From Octopus vulgaris (lineage: Eukaryota), in assembly GCA_951406725.2 (NCBI GenBank), contig OX597821.1, positions 51,088,001 to 51,152,000 on the forward strand: a stretch of DNA of 64,000 nucleotides. The letters run 5' to 3'. Made by a program: the position numbers and the translations under genes. The notes under the pieces are model-generated. The model made no database searches, was not told the DNA's origin, and saw nothing but the letters and a program-made list of their open reading frames with translations. Below, piece after piece: positions 31,558-44,082 of this stretch (position 1 is the stretch's first letter; every line of letters begins with the position of its first letter).

Positions 31558-31785
31558 AAGGCGGCGAGCTGGCAGAATCGTTAGCACGGCGGGCGAAATG
31601 CTAAGCGTCTGCCACTACATTCTGAGTTCAAATTCCGCCGAGGTCGACTTTGCCTTTCATCCTTCCGGGGTCGATTAAATAAGTACCAGTTACGCACTGG
31701 GGTCGATATAACCGACCTAATCCGTTTGACTGTCTTTGTTTGTCCCCTCTGTGTTTAGCCCCTTGTGGGCAGTAAAGAAGTAAGA
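31558..31785 (+). mobile_element. SINE family 1 (near full length)
   Basis: ggcggcgagctggcagaatcgttagcac...gagttcaaattccgccgaggtcgactttgcctttcatcc...ccccttgtgggcagtaaagaa. Confidence 0.92.
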
Positions 31786-32711
31786 AAATATATAATAATT
31801 CAAGTATTTAAACTAAAAATTATTTATTTACTTATTTAGTTTGTATCTATAAGGACTGATACCTGGTATTAACTAAAGGAATATTGAAGTTATAGGACAT
31901 GCTAACTATTTATTGATTGTAAACTAAGAGGTATAATATAGGTTTGAACAGTTTGTAGTGTTAATCCATACGTGATAATATAGTTTCTTAGGGGTACTTA
32001 ATTAGGAGGGCTGCTTTCATAAAGACCCTTATAGATGCTAAGATCCGGAGAGTGGAACACTATAGGAAAAGGGATAAATAGGTTAATTACGAAAACCATG
32101 AAGAAATTCGACCAACTAGGTAGGAATATTCATATGGATGGTATACTAACTCTGTGTAGCACACTAACTAACTATACTATATATCTTTTATTATGTTATA
32201 ATATATGAAATGTACTTTAATTTCCAAACTAAAAATATTAAAAGTAAGTTTCCATCAAATTCAGTTCAAGCATAAAACCTATAATGTGCTACTTTTGAAA
32301 ATATTTAAAAGTACGGCTGACACTATGTACGCATAATACCCTAAGGTCTAATCTATTGTTAATCAGGTTGCACTTATCTTAATACTTAAAAATTTCATAT
32401 ATAAATCAAAACTGACCCCAAAAAGCAGTCACAAGCTAGATCTCTAACAAGTTTATTTTCCTGATGCCTTAGTAGCTTCAAAGCTGAAGTGAAGACAGCA
32501 TGATCTTTGTCTATCTCCTACGCTTCTTGGTGGTTTTAGGTAAAATTATACTAATGTGTCGATCTGTGTTAATTTAATCTAATTCTATGTATTTGTGCAG
32601 CTGAGTATTGGTCTGAACTTAAATTGGCATAATGATTGCATTGCTCAATTAAATGGAGTCGCTTGAAACGATCGTATATCTGGACCTCTGGATATCCTGT
32701 TGCTTATTTTG

Positions 32712-32772
<61 letters not shown>

Positions 32773-33092
32773 GGTTGAAACGTACAAAAATAAAGATAAA
32801 AAAGTATATGATATCTAGTAAGCGGAAACTTCAAAGAAACCAGTATCTATCTAGTTATCTATCTTTCTATCTATCTATTCATGCATATATACATAAACAT
32901 GTATATATCTCTGTGTGTTTATGTGTGTATGTGTACGTGTGCACGCGTATGTGTGTAAGTGTGTGCTTGTACTTTGGCGCTGCATAATGTGTTGGAGAAT
33001 AATTATGAATTTATAAAGTGTTCGTGGAAGTGTGTCCATTAATGTCATGTCGTTCAAAATTTTCAGATACATACATACATACATACATACAT

Positions 33093-33178
<86 letters not shown>

Positions 33179-33742
33179 GATGGAGTGAGGTGTATATGCA
33201 AATGTATTTCGCTGAAAAAGCGAAAGAAAAATACTGAAAATGGAGCTCTACGTATTAATTAATTGATAACATTGATTTTACTGGGATCTTAGGTTTCGTC
33301 CTCAACGGATCTTTCGAACAATGAAGATGAAGACAATTTAATATTATTTTGCCCTTACAGTAGACGCTAATTGATAAAAAATAGAAGAGGGTTTCAACGA
33401 AAGAGGGTTGTAATGGCTCTCGGTCAAATATTTGAGTATTGCGGTCAGAAATTAATTAGCGAAAGAATAAGTTAATGGATTGCACGAATTTGTGTATATG
33501 CATATATTTTATGGATATTTATGCATGTTAATGTGTGTGTGTGTGCTCACGCACATGCACATGCGTACGTGTGTGTATGTAAATGTACATTCTCATTGGT
33601 ATGCATTTATGTATCTATATATTGTATGTATGTATGTATATATACATATATGTACATTCAAACAAGCACACACACATACACACATATATTGGCATTTGTT
33701 TATATATATGCGCTTGAGTGTAAATATATACATATATACACA

Positions 33743-33815
<73 letters not shown>

Positions 33816-34422
33816 ACATGAGTAAGTTTTCCTGTTTCTGAAACATTTCTCTCCCTGCAAGAAAGCCCTTTCCCTTCCCTCTAGGCTCTTTATTTTTTCC
33901 ATTGTATTCGCTTTCTAAATTTGTACAAAATTTCAAGTCCTTGAGCGATGACTTGTTACTCCCCGATTCATTTGACACCTCGTGTTTTTGAAAAATCTGC
34001 TCATGTAATTATATAAAGTAAATATATTGTTCGGTACTTCACTGGATGTATCACCCCCAAGACTGAAACCTGAGGTCCCAGTCAAATAAGCATTATGAAG
34101 TTATATAGTAAGTCTAACAATAGAGGTTACGGTATTACATTTATTCCTTCATTATGGTGATTTGAACATTACAGCATACTTCTCGGATTTATAGTCTTCT
34201 TTTTATCTCTCTACACACACACAGAGTTGTGAATCTATATTATATACGAGTAGGCGTACGTGTGAGTATATGTTTGCGTGTGTATGTACACATATGCACA
34301 TATATAATAGATATTTGTGATTTTATATCTCGCGATGGTTGGATATCATCGTTGTTGATGTGGAAACAAGAATAAAAGTTATGCTACGGATATTGTGTGT
34401 GTTGCTTTATATATAATAATAA

Positions 34423-34635
34423 TTGTTTCAAATTTTGGTACGATGGCAGCACTTGGGCATAAGCGAATTAGTCGATTACATCGACTCCAATACTAAAATG
34501 GTACCTATTTTGCTGACCTGGGAAGTATGAAAATTAAAGTCGACCTCGGCGAAATTTGAACTCAGAACGTAAAGGCGGAGGAAATATCGGTGAGCATTTT
34601 GTCCGGCGTGCTAACGACTCTGCCAGTTTGCCGTT
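34423..34635 (-). mobile_element. SINE family 1
   Basis: aaagtcgacctcggcgaaatttgaactcagaacgt...cggcgtgctaacgactctgccag. Confidence 0.85.
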
Positions 34636-34660
34636 TTGTTTATATACATTAGTAATATCG

Positions 34661-34724
34661 TCACAAATTGTGCGTAGTCTTTAATAATTGTGCACATTTA
34701 TTAAAGACTACACACAATTTGTGA
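34661..34724. repeat. Near-perfect palindrome with arms of about 32 bp
   Basis: tcacaaattgtgcgtagtctttaataattgtg / cacatttattaaagactacacacaatttgtga. Confidence 0.9.
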
Positions 34725-34836
34725 AATTCCTTCCTAAAGGTTAGTACCATGCTACTCTCTAAAAAGATTTTTCTTAATCTTAACTTCTTGAAAAACATCT
34801 TTCTCTAAATATTATAACTTTATCAAATAATGTCTT

Positions 34837-34925
<89 letters not shown>

Positions 34926-35249
34926 TATATAGATGTATATATATGTATATTTGTGTGTGTGTATGTAATGGAATCATGTGGCTTTGTGCTAATTGTGTTG
35001 GATTCATGGTTTCGATTCCAGGCAATGCGTTGTGTTCTTGAACAAGATATTTCTCTGTAAGTTGGTCCAGTCCATTCAATTGGCAAATGTGTGTAATCCT
35101 ACGACAGACAGCGTTCCGTCGAGTAGAGAGCATATTCACCACATAAACCAGGAAATCAACCCTATGAACGTATAATATCTATTTGGATAGCAGAACTAGT
35201 GGAGGGGCGGACAAAAAATCACACACATACAGAGGTATGTGTATATATA

Positions 35250-35296
<47 letters not shown>

Positions 35297-35299
<3 letters not shown>

Positions 35300-35680
35300 T
35301 AGGCACGGCTGTGTGGTAAGAACCTAGCTCCGCAACAACATGGTTCTATCCAGTGGCACCTTGGACAAATGTCTTCTACAATAGCCTCGTGCTGACCAAA
35401 GCCTTTTGAGTGGATTTGGTGGGCTGAAACTAAAAGAAGCCCGTCGTATATATATATATATGCATTTGTGTGCCTGTGTTTGTCCCCCCCCCACAATCGC
35501 TTCACAATAGATGTTGGTGTGTTTACGTACCTGTAACTTAACCGTTCGATAAAAGAGTTCGATAGAATCATAACTAGGCTTACAAAGAATAAGTCCTGGG
35601 TTCAATTTGTTCTTCGAAAGGTGGTGCTCCAGCATGGCCGCAGTCAAATGACTGAAACAAGTAAAGGAATAAAAGAATAC
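35297..35680 (+). mobile_element. SINE family 2
   Basis: gcgtaggcacggctgtgtggtaagaa...gtggcaccttggacaaatgtcttcta...gtcaaatgactgaaacaagtaaag. Confidence 0.88.
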
Positions 35681-35993
35681 TCGTGACACACGTAGCAGTA
35701 AACTCACTAGTGTCCTGCTGCCATTGGTGGATAGAAAAGAGATGGCGTTATACAAAACTACTGATATATATGTGTTTAGTTGGGAGGTGTATTCAATACA
35801 TGTACGTATTTTAATGGATAAGCGTATATTTTTATAGTCTTATTCCGTGGATTCATCTTTTTATGTATATTATATCATTGTTGTAGATAAAATTAATTAA
35901 TTTTGATAGAGCACTCTGCTTAATATGCTTTATGTGAAACAATTGGTGTTATATATATTTCTGTTTTTATGTTTTGCTGCTTGATTTTGGTTT

Positions 35994-36028
<35 letters not shown>

Positions 36029-36075
36029 TCAATAAATGGTTGGGTTGTGTTGACCGCACGTGGAGAAATGATAAG

Positions 36076-36629
36076 TAAGGAAACATTTTTTTAAAAATGC
36101 AGAATGCTCAAATGAAAGAAAATTTTAATAAAATCAGAAATTGATAAAATATATAAATATATATTTATTCAACCGGTTTTCGTCATTGTATGACTTGTCA
36201 AGAATATTTATGTTTTAAAAAGTTTTTTTTTTTAAATTAGAAAGGGGAAAAAAAGAAAATTGCATTGTTTTTTGCAAAAGAATAATGATAAAAATGTACA
36301 AAAATTAAAAAATAAGTACTCCGACACATTGTGAGTTCGTTGTGTATCTTGAGTTTTATGATTGTTCACGAAAAAATTACCTTCAGGTATTAAGATCCAA
36401 AGGGATTAAGAGCATGTGTTGTGTGGCTTAATTCAGCATGTTGGCAGGACAGGAAGTAGTAGTTCCCCTTTCTAATTTTTAAAAAAACTTTTTAAAACAT
36501 AAATATTCTTGACAAGTCATACAATGACGAAAACCGGTTGAATAAATATATATTTATATATTTTATCAATTTCTCATTTTATTAAAATTTTCTTTCATTT
36601 GAGCATTCTGCATTTTTAAAAAAAATTTT

Positions 36630-36634
<5 letters not shown>
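36076..36634. repeat. Fold-back element: inverted arms of about 170 bp, each with a hammerhead-like motif
   Basis: 36076-36249 is the near-exact reverse complement of 36463-36634; spacer about 210 bp. Confidence 0.92.
36504..36544 (+). ncRNA. Hammerhead-like motif with U3-A8 core (UUGACAA); mirror copy at about 36166-36206 (-)
   Basis: TATTC-TTGACAA-GTCAT aca ATGAC-GAAA-ACCGGT-T-GAATA. One more A than the ideal register. Confidence 0.6.
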
Positions 36635-36688
<54 letters not shown>

Positions 36689-36690
36689 TG

Positions 36691-36739
<49 letters not shown>

Positions 36740-36804
36740 TCACTTTAATTTATTTCTACGACAAGGTTTTATGTCTGGAATCCTTTCACTTCAGCTATTC
36801 TTTA

Positions 36805-37350
36805 TACGGGGTTGAGTCATTAAGTATCCGCAATGCACTTATAAAATTTCTCACCAGCGACAATATCTTTCCAGGAGAGTGTTAGAAAATGGCACGATCA
36901 ATATCAAGGCAATGCAAAGAATGCTGGAAAATTTCAAGACGATTACGTTAGTGTAATTCTTTGTTGTTTTAGGATCTATGCTGCACAATCTTTATTAATC
37001 CAACTCTTTTCTGACCGATTTCATAAGCAGTATAAAGACTCGGCACCATGTCGAGACTTCGATCAAAATTGCCATCGTCATAAGACTTGGCAGAATGTGT
37101 GACTTCTTTTACCACGAAAATTTTCTTTTGAATTTCCATCGATTGATAGAAAGTTCATGACAGCAAAAAGCAGCCCTTTTACTGTGCTGAAAATAATGGT
37201 TGCGTTTTGTTTTTTGATACATCTTCATGCAACAAGTTACTGAATGCTGTTCTTTATTGGAGGAAACAGATATTGGAATAGTCAAACTAAACTATTAACT
37301 TAGGAAAGTTCATTTCAAAGAAAGACCACATCTGGTGATGTAAGCGCGAC
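36805..37350 (+). mobile_element. Possible mariner-like 5' remnant
   Basis: TA followed by cggggttgagtcattaagtatccgcaa resembles a mariner TIR. No intact ORF. Confidence 0.35.
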
Positions 37351-39017
37351 TAATTTCCCAACCAACAGGAAATTATTGTAAGAGCATTGCAGGTAATTAA
37401 TGCTTAAGTTTAATATTTCGTTATATGTGTTTGAAGTTTTTTATGAATATATATACTCAGAGGCATACAAACACGTATGTAATTTAAAAAATTTTTAAAT
37501 CGGTTCAACGTTATGAAAGTGAATCAACGAAATTTTCATGTATAATATCACATTGACTTAAGATCCTAACTTCCTTCTCTTATATAGTGTAAATTGCGAT
37601 TCTTTCTGGGATGTTCTAATAAGAATTCACGTTCGAGAGTTGCGTGTAAATTGGAAATTTAGAATAAACTGCCCGTTGAAAAATGTAGGCTTAAGAAAAT
37701 AATTAAATACAAACAAATAAGCACACACAAGCAGCGGCGTACACACACACACACACGTGTGTGTGTGTGTGTGTGTCTGTGTGTGTGTGTGTGTACGCCG
37801 CTGCTGCAAACATGTAAAATGCATGTGCTTGAACGTATGAATATATTCATATATGAATACTTAAATATACATAAATATTGTTTGAGAAATCAATAATACA
37901 TATTTATTTTCCTACGAATACATTCCTCCACACAGATCCTCTAATGGAAGGAATAAGATGTAAAGTGAAACTATATGGTATAACCCCACTTTTGGGTGAA
38001 ATTTTTTAACTAATATTTCCAGATCCGTAAATTAAGTTAGTAGAAGTATCGATAATATCAGCAAAATTTTAAATAGATATGACCTCAAAAGAAATTTTAG
38101 GTGCAGAGATACTTTTGCCTACTCTTTATTTAAAATCAATTGGAAGGAATTTGTTCCCTCTTCCATTCATTATTGCTCACCACTTAGCAGCTGTCACAAT
38201 AGGAGTAAAAACACTACCCTCGGTAAATGCCATGACAAAAGCATTGTTTAGTGCACCGCTATTTTCACCGATGATAATAATACCAGTAGTACATAGCCCT
38301 ACCGGGACCTCGTTTCTTTCTTGTTATGCCCAACATACTAGCATGTTTAGAGATGAAACTAAAAGAGCAAAAGCAACACTCTCGAGTTTAAAATTTTGTG
38401 TTTGAATAACAGATGTACCTCTGACAATAAATGTGAAATGCTCATAATCCTATCTGCTCCTGTATAAATCAATAACCACAAGTGCCCCTCCCCCTATTCG
38501 AGATCTTCAATACCGTTATACAAAATTTTAAGCAATTACATTCTCTAGTAGAATTGACTTTTTCATGTTCTCGGAAAAGTAAATGTATTCTATAGTCATG
38601 CCAGCTACCCACTTGATGATAATACGCAGGCTTTTAATTCATTCTGAAGTCCGACACCCGATAGCCTTTTATCCTTCTATCCTATAGGATGCAGTTATTT
38701 CCCGTTACACCAACCTCAATGCACACACAACTTTCAGACATCACACTTATATACACGCAATATTTACACAATGTAATTAGTATACAATTCTACTTTCCTT
38801 GCCAAAATGATCTCTATGTTATAACTGTTCACCAGGAATGTTTTATATGTACCGTGATTTTAATATAAACAGCGTTCTTAACAAATACACTATTTTTTAT
38901 AGAAATAAGCTTTATATAACCCAATAATCCCGTATATATACATATATATGCGTGTGCGTGTATATACGTGTGTGTGTACATACTTCACACAAGCACATAT
39001 GACTGTGTGCCAGCGTG

Positions 39018-39076
<59 letters not shown>

Positions 39077-39614
39077 ATGTGTATTGGCATTTTAAATATA
39101 TCTATAAGCACATTCATCTCTTTGACAGGCAATAATTTGTACTTTAGTGGACTGCTTTTGAATCCTACTCTTCGTATAAAGAACTCCTCGTAATTTTTAT
39201 GTTATTTCTGAAATTCTTTTTTGAATATTACTTTATTTTAGTATTTTATTTTACGTTTTTAATTATTCCATTATTTTATTTCATCTCATTATATAAGGTA
39301 ATATATCAGTAGAGCTTCATATATTGATATTTTTGCAAGTTGAGTATAAGAATAATATGCATATCTGAAAATACATGTCCTTCCACAAGTAATAGAATCA
39401 CGGGTATGCATAATGATATGCATGTACATATCTGTACAGCTGTGTACGTACATATAAATATAATGTATGTATGGGCATATGCATGTAAGTATGCAGGCAC
39501 AGACAGAAAACGTATAAATGTATTTCCATGTAGGTGTTGTTGCATAGGGATGAGTATATATGTCTGGATATATGCTTATATGTGTGTGTGTGTGTGTGTG
39601 TGTGCGTGTGTGTT

Positions 39615-40062
39615 CTTTTATTGTTTTATTTGTTTCAGTCTCATTTATTTGACTGCGACCAGATGGAGCACCACTTTTAATCGAACAACTCGACACTATA
39701 ACTTATTCTGTCTAAGCCTAGTACTTCTTATTTTACCGGTCTATTTAGCCGATCCACTAAGTTACGGGGACGTAAACACACCAACACAGGTAGCCAAGCG
39801 AAGGTGGGGGGGGACAAAAACTGACACACAAACATATACAAACAACCGTACATACATACATACATACATACATACACACACACAAACACACACACACACA
39901 CACACACACAGATATATATATATACAACGTGCTTTTTTCAGTTTCCGTCTACCAAATCCACTCACAAGTCTTTGGTCGGCCCAAAGCTATAGTACAATAT
40001 ACTTGCTCAAGGTGCCACGCAGAGGGACTGAACCCGGAACCATGTACTTTGTAGGCAAGCCA
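39615..40062 (-). mobile_element. SINE family 2
   Basis: cagtttccgtctaccaaatccactcacaag...gggactgaacccggaaccatg. Explains most of spurious ORF 39340-40200. Confidence 0.88.
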
Positions 40063-40065
40063 CTC

Positions 40066-40124
<59 letters not shown>

Positions 40125-40129
<5 letters not shown>

Positions 40130-40525
40130 GGTGTCCAAAATGTCTCAGTGCAGTGAATTTTTCGGTGAGCGGATTCTTTCGAAGAGAATTTGGCTACTAA
40201 GATCACCAGATTTAACAGCACCAGCCTTTTTTTTCTGGTAGCAAATAAAGGATCACTGTACAAGAATCGCCCGAAAACCATTAATGAGCTAAAGACGCAA
40301 CCATAACCTTCACACGGTCAGAGTCTTCGAGATGAATTTCAAAACATGTGTAGAAGAGTCAACTTATGTATTGAAAATGAAGGACGTCACATTCAACACC
40401 TCTTATAAAGTTTGTTTAAGCCTTGTAAAGTCTAATATGTTCTGTTGTCTTATAAATATTTATACCATCTTATAAATATTTATTTTGCAATAAAATACCG
40501 CCGAGAGACTTTGTGAACACCCTCC

Positions 40526-40527
<2 letters not shown>
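40125..40527 (+). mobile_element. Internally deleted Tc1/mariner-type element
   Basis: Imperfect TIRs gaaggtgtccaaaatgtctc / gagactttgtgaacaccctcc in TA runs. Internal WLLRSPDLTAPAFFFW and C-terminal CIENEGRHIQHLL* transposase motifs. Confidence 0.8.
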
Positions 40528-40567
<40 letters not shown>

Positions 40568-40766
40568 ATATTAATATATGTATTTTTGTGTGTGTTAAAG
40601 TTTTATGCTTAAACATTTAAGTTTATATCGAATGAAATTATCTTCGTTGCTTGCCTACATATGTGTAACTGTATTTTTGTATGTAAACAGTTATAAATAT
40701 ACCTTTTCATTTACATCGTAATATGCATATATGTCCAAAGGTATATATCATGCACGTGTGTGTATA

Positions 40767-40809
<43 letters not shown>

Positions 40810-41460
40810 GGGAAACCACTATGTGGACACCCTTATGCTAGAAATAGATCCGCTATGGTCTTACCACTAAGAAATTTTCTCAAGGTGCCATATTTATGTC
40901 TACACCACATGTTTCATCATTTGTCTTTTTTTGTGAATTCTCACTTTATATATATATAAAATAATATGTTACAATTACTCAATAGTCAAGATAAAACTCT
41001 GAGTTTCAGATGCCGAAGTGGAAAACCACAACACCATCTCTTCGGTTATCGGGCCATCTGAAAAAACTTCATGAAAAAGTACCGTTATATAAACGGAAAT
41101 GACTGTGTTATAATTCTGCTACTTATATAAAATAAGATTAAAACTTCATAGTAAACATGTCTAGTCATACGCTCACATGTGCTCTCGCGGACCCACGTGC
41201 GTACTTATTCGTCACTATGAAAACGTACACTTCTTCACTCGCATTTTTCGCCAAATATATATATATATGCGTATATATTTGGCGAAAAATACCAGTGAAG
41301 ATGTGTACGTTTTCATAGTGACGTTTAAGTACGCACGTGGGTCCGCGAGTGCACATGTGAGCGTATGACTAGACATGTTTACTATGAAGTTTTAATCTTA
41401 TTTTATATAAGTAGCACAATTATAACACATTAATTTCCCTTTATATAATGTTATATATAA

Positions 41461-41692
41461 CAGCGGCGAGCTGGCAGAAACGTTAGCACGCCGGGCGAAA
41501 TGCTTAGCCGTATTTCGTCTGCCGTTAAGTGTTCTGGGTTCAAAATCCGCCGAGGTCGACTTTGCCTTTCATCCTTTCGGGGTCGATAAATTAAGTACCA
41601 GTTACGCACTGGGGTCGATGTAATCGACTTAATCCCTTTGTCTGTCCTTGTTCGTCCCTTCTATGTTTAGCCCCTTGTGGGCAGTAAAGAAA
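41461..41692 (+). mobile_element. SINE family 1 inserted into the palindrome arm
   Basis: Full family-1 sequence flanked by direct repeat tatataatgttat at 41442-41454 and 41695-41707 (probable target-site duplication). Confidence 0.92.
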
Positions 41693-41734
41693 TATATATA
41701 ATGTTATTTTTTCATACCGTTTTTTCAGATGGCC

Positions 41735-41797
41735 AGATAACCGAAGAGATGGTGTTGTGGATTTCCACTTCGGCATCTGAAACTCAGAGTTTTATCT
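41735..41797 (+). ncRNA. Hammerhead-like motif with U4C core (CCGAAGA); mirror copy at 40989-41050 (-)
   Basis: AGATAA-CCGAAGA-GATG..GTGGA tt TCCAC..CATC-T-GAAA-CTC a GAG-TT-TTATCT. Confidence 0.65.
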
Positions 41798-42463
41798 TGA
41801 CTATTGAGTAATTGTAACATATTATTTTATAGATAATATTGAGGTCTCTTTCTTTCTTTTGTTATCTTACCGTTTTTACCAATATATATATATGTATGTA
41901 TGTATATATCTATATATATATATACATGTATATATATATGTATATAAATATATCATATGTTGTGGATATATATCCAACTTTATTATATATCGATATATTC
42001 ACACGAATGTATGCAAGTGTGTGTGAGTAGAAAAATACGTACATAATATTATTTCTCTTTAAATAATATTTGTGTATATATTGTTCATATACAAATATTT
42101 TCGTACAGGGAAATATACTTAATTTACATACTTATACCAGTTGCAGTGAATCATATACCACACACAATCACACACACACACACACACAGTATACACGCGT
42201 GTGGCCGTCCGTGTTTCTGTATCTTATTGTTTGTTAAATCTAATAATTTTCATGGGATTCTTCAACATAAGTTTTTTTGTAGAGTGTTCCAGAAATATTA
42301 ACTTACCCTATATTAGAAATGAACTCATGTTTATAATTCATTTGATATGTGACATGTACGGAGCTATCGATTCTGGAGTCATTTTCGTGACTAATTGCCG
42401 ACTTAATATTTTCTCCTGCATGTTCTACCAAATAAATGATATGCACACGCATAATAATATATA

Positions 42464-42501
<38 letters not shown>

Positions 42502-42524
42502 GTCATATATATACGTATATATAT

Positions 42525-42578
<54 letters not shown>

Positions 42579-42935
42579 TACATACACACACTTACACATA
42601 TATTCAATGCATGCCCTCCCGAGCTCTCTAATAGACTTCGTACGAAATTGCAATCTTGCACTGTGTGAGAATATGTTTGTTTAAGCTTAGAACACAGAAT
42701 TATAGATACACGTATTTATGTATATCTATATCTCTGTCTATCTATCTGCCTGTCTGTCTGTCTTTCTTTCTCGCTGTATCTCAATATATATACATATCAC
42801 ACACACACACATAGAGTGGCAAACACGTACACACATATGTACACTTTTGTATCACTAATTTTTGTTTTCAATTAATATATGTTCACTAGATAAATTACTC
42901 CTTTCGTTTGCACTTTAGACAAATGAGAAGTAGAG

Positions 42936-43686
42936 ATGGTACCTAGAAGGAATTCCCACGTGCTTGTTGCTTCAATACTATTCACTTTCATTTGGGACGA
43001 CGTTCACCGAATAATGGGAAGAATAAATGGTGAACCTCTGGCAAAACACACTGGATACAAAAGGGGTAATGTCGTAAAAATTGGTCTGATTCTTCCAACG
43101 AATTCATCTTATCCATGGTCATTACAAAGGACAAGGCCTGCTGTAGAATATGCCATCGAAACTGCTAGAAACCAGTTACAATTACTTCCGGCTTACGATC
43201 TCGAAGTAAGTGTCAATGACTCAAGATGTTCCGACATTATGGCCCCACTAGCTGCATTTGATATGTATGCACGTTCTAGAGCAAACGTTTTATTTGGTCC
43301 ATGTTGTGACTATGCTATGGCTCCTATCGCTCGATTCTCAGCAGTCTGGGGAATTCCTGTGATCAGTGCCGGAGCTCATATAGATGCTTTCAAAAACAAA
43401 AATGAGTACAAATTACTAACTCGCATCCAAGGAACTTACGAGAAATATGGTCAATTTTTATTCACAATCGCGCAATATTTCAACTGGACAAATATCGGTA
43501 TGATTTACAATGATAACATTCATGACCCTAATATGGGAAGATCAAACTGTTATTTCCAAATACAACCAATTTACCAATTATGGATCAATCACCATCAAAA
43601 TGAAGTCTGGCATGTGGTGATTGATGAACGAGGTCCAGAGATCAACCTACGTAAATTACTTTCGGATGCTTCGCTGTACACAAGAG
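42936..43686 (+). CDS. First coding exon of a natriuretic peptide receptor / receptor guanylyl cyclase-like gene (signal peptide plus N-terminal part of the ANF_receptor ligand-binding domain)
   Basis: 250 clean codons. Hydrophobic N-terminus (VLVASILFTFIW), then motifs DSRCSD, LFGPCCDYAMAPIARFSAVWGIPVISAGA and YKLLTRIQGTYEKYG matching the NPR-A/B/C ectodomain pattern. Strong donor AG|GTGAGT at 43686/43687 (phase 1); the ORF beyond it is microsatellite read-through. Pyrimidine-rich acceptor-like ctttcgtttgcactttAG ends at 42918. Confidence 0.92.
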
Positions 43687-43724
43687 GTGAGTATCAAAAT
43701 ATACATACATATACACATTTAACG

Positions 43725-43856
<132 letters not shown>

Positions 43857-44046
43857 TGCATGATGTTAAAATTTGCTGATTGTTTGCATTCAGAATTTCT
43901 TTTATACGCATTTACTTGTCTTTTTCGAAAGTTTATTAAACAAAAATATATGAATGCATGTGCGCATACATACATGCATACATACCTACATTCATACATA
44001 CATACATACATACATACATACGTACATACATACATACATACATACA

Positions 44047-44082
<36 letters not shown>

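Larger units (their letters stand above)
40956..41830. repeat. Long palindrome (arms about 310 bp, centre near 41266) with hammerhead-like motifs in both arms and a SINE inserted in the right arm
   Basis: Mirror ORFs 41165-41356(-) and 41177-41368(+). Arms match out to ataatatgttacaattactcaatagtcaag / cttgactattgagtaattgtaacatattat. Confidence 0.95.

Noticed and set aside
33270-33325. Hammerhead-like TCGAAAGA-TCC/GGA-C-GAAAC on the minus strand
   Set aside because: Core spacing is off and no convincing stems I and III.
39340-40200. 286-aa ORF
   Set aside because: Chance frame across simple repeats, an antisense SINE and a transposon end.
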